In this document: positions 49,401 through 64,000 of the stretch, piece by piece | How the letters are laid out: each line of letters opens with the position of its first letter | Position numbering within the stretch: the first letter of the stretch is position 1 | DNA from: Tubulanus polymorphus | Taxonomy: Eukaryota; Animalia; Nemertea | Assembly: GCF_964204645.1 (NCBI RefSeq) | Contig: NC_134025.1 | Location: forward strand, 1,922,001-1,986,000 | Length of the DNA stretch: 64,000 nt | Direction of reading: 5' to 3' | Notes under the pieces: model-generated | Seen by the model: the letters and a program-made list of their open reading frames with translations, nothing else | What the model was told of the DNA's origin: nothing | The model's database searches: none | Translations under genes and position numbers: made by a program

Positions 49401-52400
49401 GCCATTCTAGTGCAACTCACTATTCGTTCACGGTTGACATTAGTTACTGCTCGCATTTTCTAGCACTATAAAACGGATAATTTGTTGTCAGTCGACGATA
49501 TTTATGCCAGGCCTTATCGTCCAGATCTCGCTTTGATGACCGACATTAATGTAACCTTTGCATGCATCTCAAGTTTTGTTCCTTAATTTTTAAATGTCTC
49601 TCGGAAATGGACAAGACATTTCTCAATAAAGCAGTTATTACCTTTTCGCTACATTACTCAGGTGATTACGACGGTAACTCACCTAATTCATTTTGCCGAA
49701 ATTTACTGAAGATTCCTTGCAAATGGATAACTTAAGTGACATCGGCCATAAATGTAATGGAGTTTTATTGCTATTCGCGATTATAGTGGTCGTGGACGAC
49801 TTTAGCTGTACGAGACAAACATAAAACAGTTTTCATGAGACTAATTCCTCACTAAATTTGTTAGAAACAATACCGTTTATGGTCCCCAGTATATTCCGGG
49901 AGAATCGACGCGGCTTTAATCCATCGGTGGTTTGCTAATTTCTACATGAACATTAAGTCTATCAGCCATCTTAATCTATCATGCCAACTTTCATTTCCCC
50001 GAAGATCAAGAGTCAGATACGTGAATCCATCATTTCCAGTCGACATCAAAGATGGTTTAATATATCGAACATTAGGTTTAATGACAACTCGACCGAAGCC
50101 TGGTATTATATACAATCAGCTGATACTGATCCATCATTTAACACTCTTGTTTTATAACTTTCCTAAGAACATTTGCAGTAATTCAACGCAAGTGATTTGT
50201 GTTCATCAAGAACAATATCAATTTATCATTATTCGTATGATATGAAATATGAAGTATTCTATATCTGTGTGTGTGTGTTTTATATGTATAAACATTTATC
50301 ACAATAATACAGCGATGAATTTAATTATCATTAGTTGAACAAAGATAAATTTCAAATTTGCCAGCCGCTTAATTAATCGTAGATATTGATTTCGTACCGA
50401 GTTACATTTTGAACGATGTTGAAATATCTACCGAACGCTTTAATCTTTGCCTCATCGCACGAATGTCGAAAAAGACGTCAATTATGTATGGGATGCATAC
50501 ACGTCATCGGGAGCCATCAGCGGTTTTACAAAACGGTCTGAAGATTTCTCGAGTAAACCAACTTTCTATTCACGAACCATGTATAATTAATGATTTGGTT
50601 AAAACAAGACTTCTATTGATGACACTTAACGGAAAGCGATGCGGCAATGGAGACAGTTATTGCTATCTGTGGTTGTCAGTTGGATGGATACTAACAGGAT
50701 GCTTTGTTATCGGCTAAATTTGACAGTTGATTTAAGCATCGTAAACTACACCGAATATCATTTCAATATCTGACTGTTTGTTAAATCTCTATCGGTTCTA
50801 AGCCGTTTCACTGATATCGTAAAACATGCGAAATATTGAACAAAATATCAGTTTTTCGATGAAATTAAGATTCTTGAATTTGGCTTCATACCATTGTCTA
50901 ATACCGGACGGTATCGTGCGTTTTGGATGTGATAAAAACAAAGTGTCCACGAAATGAACTTCTGACATTTTTGTCTATAAAGCCTCTTATAGAAAACTGG
51001 TTCATAAATTCTATGAGGAGTGCTCAGATATTTCCAAAGAAATTCAAGTATGTACGCATGATAAGAATACCGAGGCCCAGGTGATTCTTCTAGAAATTTT
51101 CAAGCCAAAAGAACTTCTTGTCGGGCACTCGAAAATATGTAGTTTGTCAGTAAGGAGGCACTATCGGGTCATAGCAATGTTTGATCTGAAGGAAAGAATT
51201 GTCTCAGCTCGGATGGCCGACCCATAGGTCTTAGTTGCACTTAACCCATTTCTTTTCAATCATACAAGTATAACAAACATTATCTGCGCCCACTTATCAT
51301 CTAAGATAGATATTGCAAAATTCAAAGTGGCTGGCTCAATAGTGTGAAACACAATAGACATCCTTGGTCAAACATTAGGTTTTTGATTGAGAGAGTACAC
51401 TAAGACACATTTTTATTCCCAAGAATTTTCGTTCAACCGTTTTTACTCGAAAAGATCTTTCTTTCTCTGTGAAAATCGTACATATATAAATGTTGGGTAC
51501 AGTCGATTAAGTGAGTCATATTTAGATATAGATATATCGGTCGTAAATGAATTAAACCGCATACATATTTTCAAATACACATAACTTATAACAACATTAG
51601 ACAAATATCTCTCATGAAGTATATCGCCAAACATCAGATGTTTAAGCAGACCACGAGTACCTGCATATTTTCAAGATATAATCAATGAGGGAATATGTAT
51701 ATCTATATCTATATATTATAGAAAATAAATTCATGTATAGATAATTTATGTTGACGCGGCCGGGAAGAAACGAGTGCTGCCGGTAATTTAGAGAACTGGG
51801 ACACTCGCGTGAATCATTCAATTATTGATCGACTATATATAAGTTGCTTTTCCCATCAAACTATCAATTCATGGCTAAAATCTATCGCACTTGCCATCTA
51901 TTCATCGATTCATTATCCATCCTTTTCACGCATCTTGCGGTTTTTATCCGTGAAAAATTACATCACTGCATTAATGCATTCAATTAATAAGGAAATGCCA
52001 GCGTTTTTTTTTTTGATGCGGCAAAGTTAATTTTATCAGAAAACACTCGACTGTTGATGCGTGTTCTCGAGCAAGGAAACACTTCCTCTTTATCTATAGA
52101 CATTAATGAAGGCAACAGCAGTAACATAGACGAGACAATTTAGATTTCAATAGTGACGCCATCTCCGTTGTTAGATTACACCTAGAATGATAATGTATAG
52201 CTTTTAGTGACCGATTCTAGCAAGTATACATAGCGATAAAAGGAATCGGGCAAACACATAATGGCTTATGATTGGATGTTGAATGATAGGATGTTCCTCG
52301 GAGTGCTGCAAATCAAAAGACCGTATTCACTCATGTAAATCCATTAGCAATCAACCATAGACACAAAGCAGTACTTCAGTCGTCATTTTTCACTTTGACA

Positions 52401-53167
52401 GTTTGTGTTTTATTTATAAATGCTCTATCCCCGATCGGAGATTGTTGTTGACTTTGCTTAGTTGAAATTCTCAGTTGATATCATGCGCAATCTCAGCGTC
52501 AGCAATTAACGTATTATTCGCACCTGTCAATAGTTGATGCAGTAATATCCATTAGACGATGGACACGCATCAAATCTACAATTAAATCATTAATATTCAC
52601 AACCAACATTTACTTACTGCCTTGATAAATACTTTTATCATTCTCAGATTTTCTCGTTTCGGAGGAAATGTAAAAGTTAGCCGATTCAGCGAACTCATTA
52701 CGTTCGGTTGAATGCAATTTATTAAACGGTGATCGTAAATTCAATGTTACTTTAATTATTCAAATAAACCATCCACGGATTACCATTGAATCGTATAATT
52801 TTCTACGATAATTACGCAGAACTAGGAACAAAAAATATCCGATCATAAAAAAACTCAATAAGGCCATCAATTTGTGTTATGATCCATCAGCTTAATGATG
52901 AGACTGCTTCTTTGAACGGTTTAATCGTAAATGGATATTGAGTAATACACTTAACCACCGCTGCAAATATTTGCAAATGCTGGAAATATACTTTAGAAAA
53001 TTAATGACTTTTTAACTGGGGTCCTAATATGAATAGATAGTTTTGAAGTAGAAAGAGAATAATGAATAATTTGTTCTTAGCTTTAAACATGTTTTATATT
53101 CACATTTGCTGTGATCGATTCGCCGAATGCAAAAAAATAATGTATTTGTATCTATTGTATTTTTTAG

Positions 53168-53312
53168 GGAATTTTATTATATACAAATGGAGAAATACGC
53201 TCGTCAAGCGATCGCTGAAGGTGTCAAATCAGCCGAAGATCTGATCGTTACTACCGATTGTGAACTGTATCGTGTTCTAAACCTTCACTACAACAGAAAT
53301 AACCAAATTGAG
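53168..53312 (+). CDS. pros: prospero coding exon 3 (end of the homeodomain, start of the Prospero domain)
   Basis: tttttag|[49 protein letters not shown]|gtaaga; phase matches exon 2. Confidence 0.97.
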
Positions 53313-55530
53313 GTAAGAATCAATTCATTTGCTTCATCTATGGTTGTTTTTAGAAATTCAATACGATTGATCAATCGCATTAGGGTCTATAAGTAACCTA
53401 TCACTTTAACAGTTATATCGCCATGCTTCATTCGGTTAAAATCGATTACTCGTGTTAGACATTTGTCTATATTGTCAAAGCTCTGCCAATAAATCTTGAC
53501 AACTTTTTTCCACGTAATATCCAGTTGATGACCGATTATTTGATGAATATAAATTCATAGTTATAACTCGTGGGCACTTGGCAATTTTCTTATAGATCTA
53601 TTATCCTCGACATCCTGTGATCTATTCGTCGTTCAGATTACAACTGATTTTGTCATTGTTATAAATTCACAGACGTCCAATTTCCCAGCAATCATTCATA
53701 AAAAAAGACCTAAAGAAGACAGCGTTTATTAACGGCATGAATAATAAGCGTTCTTACAGGACTGAGACGACATGACATGCTCGATAAATACAGCTGAGCC
53801 TTAATAAACTCTTTCAAGCTTAAATACGGTTTACACGGATATATTCTACTATTCGGTGTCTTTAGTAGAGTATAATGTATAGTTAAATGATCGGAAATCT
53901 TCAGCACGATTCAAAATAATCCGCAAGGAAATATTATAGATTTCCATCGCTTTCAATAAGCGATTTTGTCGACTAGAAAATGGTGGGAAAGCCTGCCATA
54001 ATTTGCATCTGTTCTCAGCGTCCAGGTGATCGGGCTCGAGTGTCTGACATCAATTAGAATATCGCAACGGGACCGCGACAAGACATCGTATAAAATCTGA
54101 ACCATTGGCAAAGCAAACTAAAACGCGTTATGTGAGATCTCAACAAGTGTTTTTAACGGGGGAAACATTTGTTGCGTCCTTGATATCGAAACTTCGAATT
54201 CAATTCTATAATTACCCGTATATCGTTGCTTTGTTAATAACATATTGTATATTAGTGACCAACACGCGAGAGTTGAAGGAATCTTTGTGTCATGTTGTAG
54301 CTATTTTCAGTACATCATTGGTCATATGCTCGAAAGCTATTATCGCAATTTGGCAGAAAACGTTTTCCTTGTTTGTATTCAGGATAATTACTGTTCTAGT
54401 TTGAATGTTCTTTCCAATCTAGAGATGTAATTATCATTTTCTATTCTTTGACCATCACAATAACCACACACACATATATAGTTACAGCCTACATACACTA
54501 CTTATAACTGATAATGTATCAGTGATTATTCTCTACGACAAAATTGCACACAATCTTTTGCGCAATTAGCTCTGACTACTTAATGTTCTAACCCTCATGT
54601 CCTCTTGTGAACCAATTTACCTCCTAACCCTGTCAAATTTTCTCCAGAAAAGCTAATTTCCTTTAATTGATGACATTTAGCAAATTCTTTCCTCCACGAA
54701 AAACCGTTCTCAAACCATTTCTGGCGCTCAACACAAACAGCCTAATTCTATAATGAGCCACTCAGAAGCTATAAACCTTGTAGTAATTACACATAATAAC
54801 CAAGAAAGGATGCCACCATCAGACTATTAGCCAACACGGCTATAACCATAAAGGAAATAACACATTAACAATTCTTCACATTTTTATATATGAATAGTCG
54901 CGCAATTTGCAGTAATTTCTTGCGCGTTTTTCCCGTAATATTTCAAATGTCATATGATTCCTTTATAAAGTGAACGCTATACTAGATGATTTATCAGTGA
55001 CTCCCACCACCGCTCGCCTGCCATCGCAGATAGTTTCTCAATATTTCATTTCCTTTTATATTACCGCTTGCTTCCTATTCGTATTCTACTGAGACACAAT
55101 TTACTGAGATTAAGAGCCATTACTCTGCGCTGGAAACGCGTTCGGTTTTAGTTTTTGTTTCGATGGAGATTATATCATTAGTCGGAGAGATTTGTCGTAT
55201 CTTCCCAGAATCTAATTACTATCCATGTAAAGAATACACAAGAGAAATAAAAAGGAGTAGACTTTGTTTTTCATTAGATTATTTTATTATCTAAAAGTAA
55301 ACGAACGACGAGATGATGATTTTGATGATTGCAACGTTTTTAAAGTACGAGAGTTACATCGAAGCGATACTAACACGGAAAACATCGTTTTTATTCCGGA
55401 TTTTCTTGCGATATTGCTATAGAGAAACTAAGTGCGCAGGTGCACTCTCTCTCTTTCACTTTCTACTTAGCTGTTGACATACATATTTTATGAATACTTA
55501 CAGATGTTCTTTCATTGCTGTATTTTGTAG

Positions 55531-55716
55531 GTTCCCGATTCCTTCCGATCTGTCGTTCAGTCAACGTTACGAGAATTCTTCAGGTCAATCGTCGCCGGTA
55601 AAGACGCCGAACAATCGTGGAAGAAATCCATCTACAAAGTGATCGCCAGGATGGACGACCCGATGCCGGAATTCTTCAAGTCGGCCAACTGGATGGAACA
55701 ATCAGGGGAACAATAG
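55531..55716 (+). CDS. pros: prospero last coding exon (Prospero domain C-terminus)
   Basis: ttgtag|[61 protein letters not shown]. The full U12-spliced protein is 830 aa. Confidence 0.97.
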   Translation, partial: VPDSFRSVVQSTLREFFRSIVAGKDAEQSWKKSIYKVIARMDDPMPEFFKSANWMEQSGEQ

Positions 55717-57460
55717 AAACCGATGAACCGATATCATTATGCAAGATTCACTGTAAAATACTTGTTTATTTGTTAAAAAATCGAGAAATTGTAGTTACCG
55801 CAATATAAACTTCAGTGCTACACAAACTATATATATATATACATATTATTAAATTGAACATTCCGGATTGGAATTCAGATTTTAACTATTTTTGTTAATC
55901 CAGCTATAGTGTGTATGTAAATAATCGTGTATATTATACTATACTCTTTATAACTATCAATAAGCATTACGTAGTTGGCTTATTTTTCTAAAGTGATTAT
56001 TAGAAATGTAAATATTAAGCTTATATATGATATGTAGGACAAAGGTTAAATATTATCATTATCATTATTATTATTAATTCATTGTCTGTGGGATTTTATT
56101 GCTTTAGTTACACGTCGCTAGTGTAACGGTTTATCATGAACTTAGTGTTGTTCATCTGAAGATAGTTTTTTCTTTTCTCGAAATAGATTTATTCATTTCT
56201 TTTCTTTCATAAATCTATCATCAATTCAATGTTCTATCATTCTATATCTCTAGGTGTATATATTATAATCAAGATTGTCAAATAATAGAAAACTGTTTAC
56301 ATGGAACATTTTTTTCGCGTCGCATAAAATACGTAATTGGATTCAACCGTGGCACGAATTGAAGCAAGACGCGCGCGGTAGTTATTTGTAAATATAGATA
56401 TTAAAAAGTGACGAAGTTCTCTTGTGTAGAATTTGTACAGAATACTAAAATATTTATTTATCTCGAAGATCTTTATAGATGAGAATATATTATTCAATTG
56501 AAAGGTGCAGTATTTTTTTCAACGAAAATTAGAGAAAAAAAAAACAGAGTTGGGCATTTAGCTAAGAATAAGATGGTACGTGTTTTTAAACAGCATTTAT
56601 TTTCTTCTAGTCATAGCTAAAATAGATTCAGATTGTGTTCAGAATTCAAAATATAATTCATCCCCCTGCAGCCAGTATATGAGAAAAAAGAATCCGCATA
56701 AAGGCTCTAGATTTTGTGATAAGATTTTCATTCGTACCGATGTTTAGATTTCCAGCCAGTAATGGAATCGTTTAAATTTAATTTTTCATCATAGAATCGA
56801 AGAAGAATATTCCCATTAGTCGGCTGCCAGTAATGATACTTCATTAAACTTCTCCCAATCTTACGTGTTCAAGTGAACTGCTGTTCGTTCTATTTTGTTG
56901 AGTGAATTCAGAAATTAGTTTTCAGGTTGTAGCTACAGAAATTGGGATCTATGATTTTTTTCTTTTCATACGTCGAAGAAAAGCCCTTTGCATTTAAAGC
57001 TACTTTCGTTTCTTTGTATGTGTTTTAAATTTGGAATTAAGTGCAGGATTCAGTTCCACTTGTGAGTTAACATTTTATCCCAGAGTCAAAAAACATTAGA
57101 AATGACCTAATTTACTCACAGTTAACTTTAACTTACAACTGTGGAATCGGGTCCAGAATTATATTTTATCTACCGACCCAATGTCCTTGTCAGATACACT
57201 TTAACCGTGGTCGGCTGCTATACCGAGAAAAATCTGTTCGATGAATCTAAAATCCAAGCACAAATAGTAAATTCATAGATAGCAGATTCGATCACAATAC
57301 GTTATCTAACCGTTTATGAAGGGAGATTCTGTCTTCCAGTGGGTTAAGTAGCTTTTTAAATTGTCTGTATAGATGTAACATCACTGCCCAACTTGTTTTC
57401 TTATGTTTATACCTTGTGTTTTCTTGAAGCATAATAAAAAAGAATTAAGTAAAATTATCT
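55717..57460 (+). other. pros: Probable long AU-rich prospero 3' UTR
   Basis: AT-rich sequence after the stop codon, with AATAAA at ~57432 followed by T-rich sequence. The true end is uncertain. Confidence 0.45.
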
Positions 57461-60400
57461 GTTTATACATTTCATTTCTATCTGGACACTTCTGATATCG
57501 TTTTTCCTGGTTCACTCCCAGGCACTGACGAGGAAGAGACCAAACATACGAATTGAATAGAAATGGAATTCAATTTTTGTATAGTTTATACTGGTGACAC
57601 GTCAATGGTGACTTGCAATGAACGAAAACAACCGATCAGCTCGAACATTACGCCGGAAATGTGAGGTTAAATCATATGCGAAAATATCGATTGTCAAAGG
57701 AATACTTATGAATATTGAGATCGGTTTCGTCTCTCAAAAGACAGCATCAAAAACATTGTTTCAACGAAACCATTGAAATTGTAGAACTAATTCTTTTGCA
57801 TATAATGATGTATAATGGCGGTTCTTTTGGGTGGTTGTTATTTTTGCTCAAGGCCATTCAGAAAAGAACGAAAACACAAAATATTGAACAGTCATTCAAA
57901 ACTTATTTACCATATCTATTTTCATTTTTTATTTTCTTCAGGGTTTTGTTTTTTCGCGAGTTGTTGTTTTGTGGGTTAGTTATTTATTTTTTTTTTTATA
58001 TGTTGCCGAACTGTGACTGTTTAAGGGTATAAATGTCTCTGTGAATTATTGATCGTCGCAAACAAAAACAAATATATTTTAAAGAAATTCAATTGGTTTC
58101 ACATCGCTTTCACTATAACCTTAATTATAAAAGATATCATTTATCGAAATATTATCTTTCGAGGAGAAATTGTTTTAGATTTAGAAATCAATCTAATGGA
58201 CCTCCGTAAAAGACCAGAAATAAAAACGATTTCAACCGAAGAGTAAGATATCAGCGCGTGTATGGGTGTGCCACTCCCTCAAGTTTAAGCAAAAGTTATC
58301 GACAAAGCTCACTCTACCTCCTACGTCTAGAAGGCAAAAGATTTGGTTACAATAAAAACAACCCTCATTACATCAGGTTTATCTTTAGAGATCTTTATGA
58401 AATCGAAAAAAATGTATATATATATCTAGCATTATTAGCAGTTATGCGAAACTTTTAGGCGTGGGAAATATTGAAAATAGTCTAGATGACAATTCATCAA
58501 GAACACGAACATCTGAAGGATACATTTATTCAGTATTCTTGACTGCAGTCTACGGGTTGGTGTAGTTCGTACTAGACAGAAATTCGGGCAGATTGAAAAT
58601 CGTTAATATATTACATTATGATCGACCATGTAACTGCTAGTGATCACATCGATTGTCTTCGTTCGTGTTGCTGTGGACACAGCTGCGTTTGAAGGCCCAC
58701 AGGTAGTCCTGGCAAATAGTCGACTATTTCTCCAACCACTTCACTCATAAAATCGATTCTTCGCTGAATTTAAAGACATATGTCAAATGAAGAAAACTAC
58801 CATATGTTGCTGCTAAACGCGATATCAAGTGATGCTCCTTTTCACACGTTACTTTCTCTTGTTGTGCATGAAATTGATTTTAGATCAGGATTTCATATTA
58901 AGCGTACAACTCGCGTACATACAACGGGTTCTGTTGGCTGTTTACGAGAAAAGACAATTTTTCAAAAACGTCAGCGAAACACAACAACACGACTATACAC
59001 ACAATACATGTAAATACAACTTCTCGCATATGATACAGTATTTACTAAATGCGTCATTCAGAGACGAAGAAAATATACCATGCTAATTCTATGCCATTTT
59101 TCTATTCATTTATCGATGACTCACGTAAGTTTTGAAAGTATTGCCTTATCATTATCATCATTAACCACTAAATACGGTAAGATTCAGACAAACCAAATTC
59201 TAGAAAGTCAATTCAGTGAAAAGATACGTATGAAATTGAAACGAGTAGAGCTGATCAGGAGTGTTCGAAGAGTTTTTCTAAAATGATAACGTAAGATTAG
59301 CAGGTGGTTCTATCATGGATTTCGTGTCTGATTACATGAAAACAAGCATGTATATCATTACTAACTATTTTGATGATATTTTTTGAAGTGTGGAAAGTTC
59401 TTGTGTCGTATGAAACACGCTTTATATCGACTGTCGTATACGTATGACTGTAGTATGACACGTTACAGTAAAAGTGTAATCAGGTGTTCCCTCATATCGT
59501 TTCTTACATGGTCAATTTACTTAACTGTTCGCGGTTTGTCATGCAAATGAAAATTGAAATTCAACAGACATGAGTCTTAGAACTATTGTTTAATATCTTG
59601 ATCGATACAGAACAGTCAGTGAGCATCTGTTCAAGCAGAATGAAATATTACGAGCTGCAAACCACTTCACAGAAATATGAAATGGACTGATTTTTATGAA
59701 TACACATTTGATAGTATAATTTCTTATAACCTCTGAGTCAGATGCAACAGTTTAGCTATGGAACCAAGTAGGCTAAACATTAGTCTGACTACTTTCACCC
59801 AGTCCTGGCTGTGTCCACAGTCGCTCTACGATGTTTTTTTAAAAAATGTATCCAACTGTGGTAACATGAGACAGGTTCTTGGTGAAGTCCGACTGTGCGA
59901 ATGACCACACGAAATGCACTTTACTCAGTACCAGTAATTGATTAAGGAGCAACAAACTGCGTCCGTTGGAAGTCGTGAGTTAAGATCTGAGTCCAAACAT
60001 TAGAAATTGAATTATTTCAACTCAGAATTAACCCTTCCCACGGACTCTTTATTTAAGAGTCGATGCTCTAACTCACACATGGCAGAAGATGATTCCAAGA
60101 GTCCAAATATGTGATACAAATATAAGTATATAAGAGAAAATTGGACAATTAACTAGAGTCATTGAGCCATATAAACGTATAAGAAAATGTTTGGATGATT
60201 GGAATCTACACCGCGATATCTGTTGTATACAATATATGCTCATGAATTCCTATTCGTTCATAGACACTCAGCAATAGATTTCATCATTTCCAATAAAAAG
60301 ATTTCACATTTCACATAAAAGGAGAATAGATAATAGTCAACGAGTCTATGATCTGTTAACTTCCTCAAGTCATATTTTTCATAAAAAAGAAATAGCAAAC

Positions 60401-61801
60401 AAAACGATCATTACCATTGGGCACCATCCCAATTTCTGCGAACAAGGATATATTACATTTCACCTTCTTTCAAACCGCATCAACCGCAATTTCATTTCAT
60501 TGCATTTCATTAGAAAAATTGATCAATTTAATGAATTATTTTTTGGGTTGGGAAATTTCAGTTAATTTCCTGGAACCTATTCTCAGTCCGAGTAGGGAAG
60601 AGCCAGTATAAAAGACTGTTTTATCAGTCAAATAATCGAGAAACACCTGTCGTTTAGGAAGAGTATTTACTTATTGTCTCGAAACTTATCTCTTCAGCTT
60701 ACATATAAACACTGATAGCCATCTGTCTTCTTCCCTCGGTTACCTTACATATACAGAATACACATACTTAAATATACATGACTGATCTATGAAGAGTCTT
60801 TCATCGCGATAAAAATATCCGCTCGATTCTGCAATAAATGTTAAAATATCAAATAAACATTCGAGCCAAAAATGGCTAATCGTGAATAAATAAGCGTCGT
60901 GATCAGAATTGTCTCTCATTCTACGAACCATTATCTCTGAGTGGTAATACCAGGCGTAGACAGATGCAATTTGAATAAGTAACAAATGGCAACGAAGTGT
61001 ATCGATTCTTGCTGCAGTCGTTCAGGTTTATTATACTTCAATAACTTTCAAGAGAGAAAACCAACTGTACGAGTTTCAGCAGGCTTTATAGAAAATCACT
61101 GTCTTCACGCAAACACTTAAACAACCAACATAATATTCACAGCTTCTCAAAGGCTCACGCATCAATTTCCTCTCGATGAAAGCAATGCAAATAGAATCTT
61201 CTCTCGCGTCGCTTTATACGGCGGTAATACCATCTTTACCGCATCCGCCGACAAGTGGCTACTTAGTCATTCATGAAAAATAAGACGGGTGCCGCTCCAG
61301 ATCTCATTTTCCCCTTAATTACCCCAATAGTGGTTTCCATGTCATCTTAGACATCGCTAAGAGCTACTTTACGCAGCAGTACTAAGTCAAAATCAATTTA
61401 TTAATCATCAGCGCTAAATGAGACAATGGGGAAAGAAGTTGTTAGCGCTGATCGCGAGCTCAGAGAGAACTGTATCAATCACTTAAACAACGCCGCCGCG
61501 TGATGAGACGAGAGAAAATATTTCGCTAAACATCTCCATTAAGTCTACACTTGTTTCTCTAGAGGCTATTAATCTGCAATTATAAGATGGCAGCACTTAA
61601 GCTTAAGTGCACTGAGACCACAAATTGGTAGCTAAAGACTTATATGCACTCTTATAAGCGTACGTACATACACCATGGAAAACAACAAATTGAAAAGCGT
61701 TTTATCCCCAACTGTCTGCTTAATGGTGTGGGAGGCATATTCAAAGACATTTAGGAATGATTTTTGTTAGATAATGTCTTTTGCACACAGCCTGCTGAGA
61801 A

Positions 61802-61957
<156 letters not shown>

Positions 61958-64000
61958 ATGTATGATTTAGGTATTGTATAAAAAGTTACAGCTACGTATA
62001 CGTGTTTCTTGTAAAGCATTGTTCGTCCATTAATTTACCTTATCAAATAAAGCATTTTTACGAGCAGAATTTTTGTCACGTTGTGTATATAAGTTATCAT
62101 TTAATCAATGACGGTGGATTTTTAAAAACAGTCTATTGTACCGTTTCCGACATTAGATCTCTTCGTGTGATGTGTCGATGAAAACGTTGTCTTTTGTTCA
62201 AGAATGTTCCTTAATGGAAACATCGATACATCTTACAACCACTTACCATCAAATACCGACATTCGTACCATTAAGAAAATTGATATTAACGCTAGTGTGA
62301 AATGAGCTTTGTTTTATAGGTAGTTTATCTGATTTCTTAATGGCGTGTTCATCCGACAACACGACATTATCATATCGATGTAAAGTATGTCTTTGTCAGT
62401 CGCAGGGATCTCAGGTTTGTGTCATCAACAGGAAAATACGATACAAATCCAAAACGGTCTCAGATAATTGATTCGCGTGATAAATTCAAATAGTTCAACG
62501 TCGCTCCAAACAACAGTTACTCTGCTGGATTGGACTATAATGTATTAAGTTTTTTTTGTTGTTTTTCGAATAAAGGACATTTCAAGAGGCTTTTTAAATC
62601 TGATGTACCTGCTGAGCCTAGATACAAAAAATCACAGCTAGTGAATATGAGAATATATCAATTGTTTTAAAGAGTAGAATATGATTCAGCTGATTATATA
62701 AAACGGGGAGATCTCAAAGCAGTTATATATCAGCTGATTACTCCGTTCGTCCGCGTCAAGTATATTGTATCAGGGACTCTAGGTGGTTGGTTGGATCAGG
62801 GGGTCTGGTGGTTGGGGGTCGGTTGGTTGTATCTTACAGCTGCTCTTCTGAAAACATGTTGAATACGAGTCTTTATATATTGTACGCAATAGAACTCATA
62901 CGATATCGAGCACCAAACTTGAAACTCACGTTTTTAATGATTGGATTTTCGAACTTCTAATATATCTCACAGATGCGGAATATTTTTGTCAGACTACTAC
63001 AGGCAGGCCGTATAGACGACATACAGATATCGAAATCCTATGAAAAGTGATCTTTTATTATACCGATATGAAATTTCAAACATTATATCGATTGTGTTTA
63101 GAAATACAGTAAGATGTACGGCTCTTGAAGCATATATTTCAAGTGGTCAGACGCAGATGCTATCTCATATAAGGACTTTCACCAATTATATTCATAAGTA
63201 TTTTTATCGATATACGCACCTATACGTTCACATGTAAAATCAAGGAGGCTCTAACTGAGCTATTGTCTCGTGTGTAAAATCAAATAGATGAAATAGTGTA
63301 GCGACAACAAACGTTTTCTCCATTTATCTTTTTCTCTGGATGGTAAATGAATAAAAGTCGACATGTCGTCAAATATTGCTCTGTAACTATTGTAATTGCA
63401 GATCACTGTTCTCCACCCATCAAACCTATCATTAACTTTTCTTTACAGCAGGCAATTCGTATAGAAGTTTCTTATGTTTCAAATTCTATTTAGCTGTAGG
63501 ATATTTGAATTCGTCATTGTTTGAAAGTCGAGCTTCCTTATAGTTGTTGGAGTTATGCCTATGATCGCCTGAAGACAAGAATCTTTTCCGCGTTTACGAA
63601 GTGATTTTTTTCGCAGTAGGACCCACCCTAGTTTCAAAGCATTTTGTGGCAGCATTTTACTTGAATGCGAAGGAGTAAAAAATTTCGAGAGGGAGTTTTG
63701 TTTTTCTAGACGTAATATCCCTCGCGGTTTTTATCATATCTCGGATCAAAAACTACCCTTTGATACTGTTACATGTATGCTGGCTGAGTCCTGTACATGT
63801 TTACAAAGGTGAATTCATGACACTCAATAATACTGATAAAGCGTGGATCTATCTAATCAAAGAATCTATCATTACATTACTTGACAATTTATATTGTTTT
63901 TCTAAGGTTATATTGACTAGAGAATGCCACAGATCGAAGATGAAAACTAATATCCCCAAGGCATCCGTGATCTATGACTTTAATGAAATGTTATAGCACG

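Overview
AT-rich animal genomic DNA, probably from a bilaterian invertebrate (lophotrochozoan-like; this is an inference). It holds three spliced genes. (1) A thioredoxin + tandem NDK-domain gene (NME8/TXNDC3 type) on the minus strand, running off the left edge; its thioredoxin motif reads WSGPC instead of WCGPC. (2) A complete VPS8 gene of about 37 exons on the plus strand (11475-23539). (3) A complete prospero/Prox homeobox gene on the plus strand (CDS 31128-55716) with very large introns. The main finding is in prospero: the intron before the homeodomain is a minor-spliceosome (U12) AT-AC intron (33135-37533) that contains an in-frame GT-AG intron (33152-37511). This is a candidate twintron, like the one known in Drosophila prospero, and would give isoforms differing by 13 aa (ISFSKIFNLNRSY). 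The NME8 and VPS8 introns also carry many MITEs and Penelope-like remnants with minimal hammerhead ribozyme cores. An unexplained non-coding block at about 7.7-10.2 kb has tandem exon/intron-like cassettes and a long inverted repeat. All coordinates were read by eye and no database searches were run.
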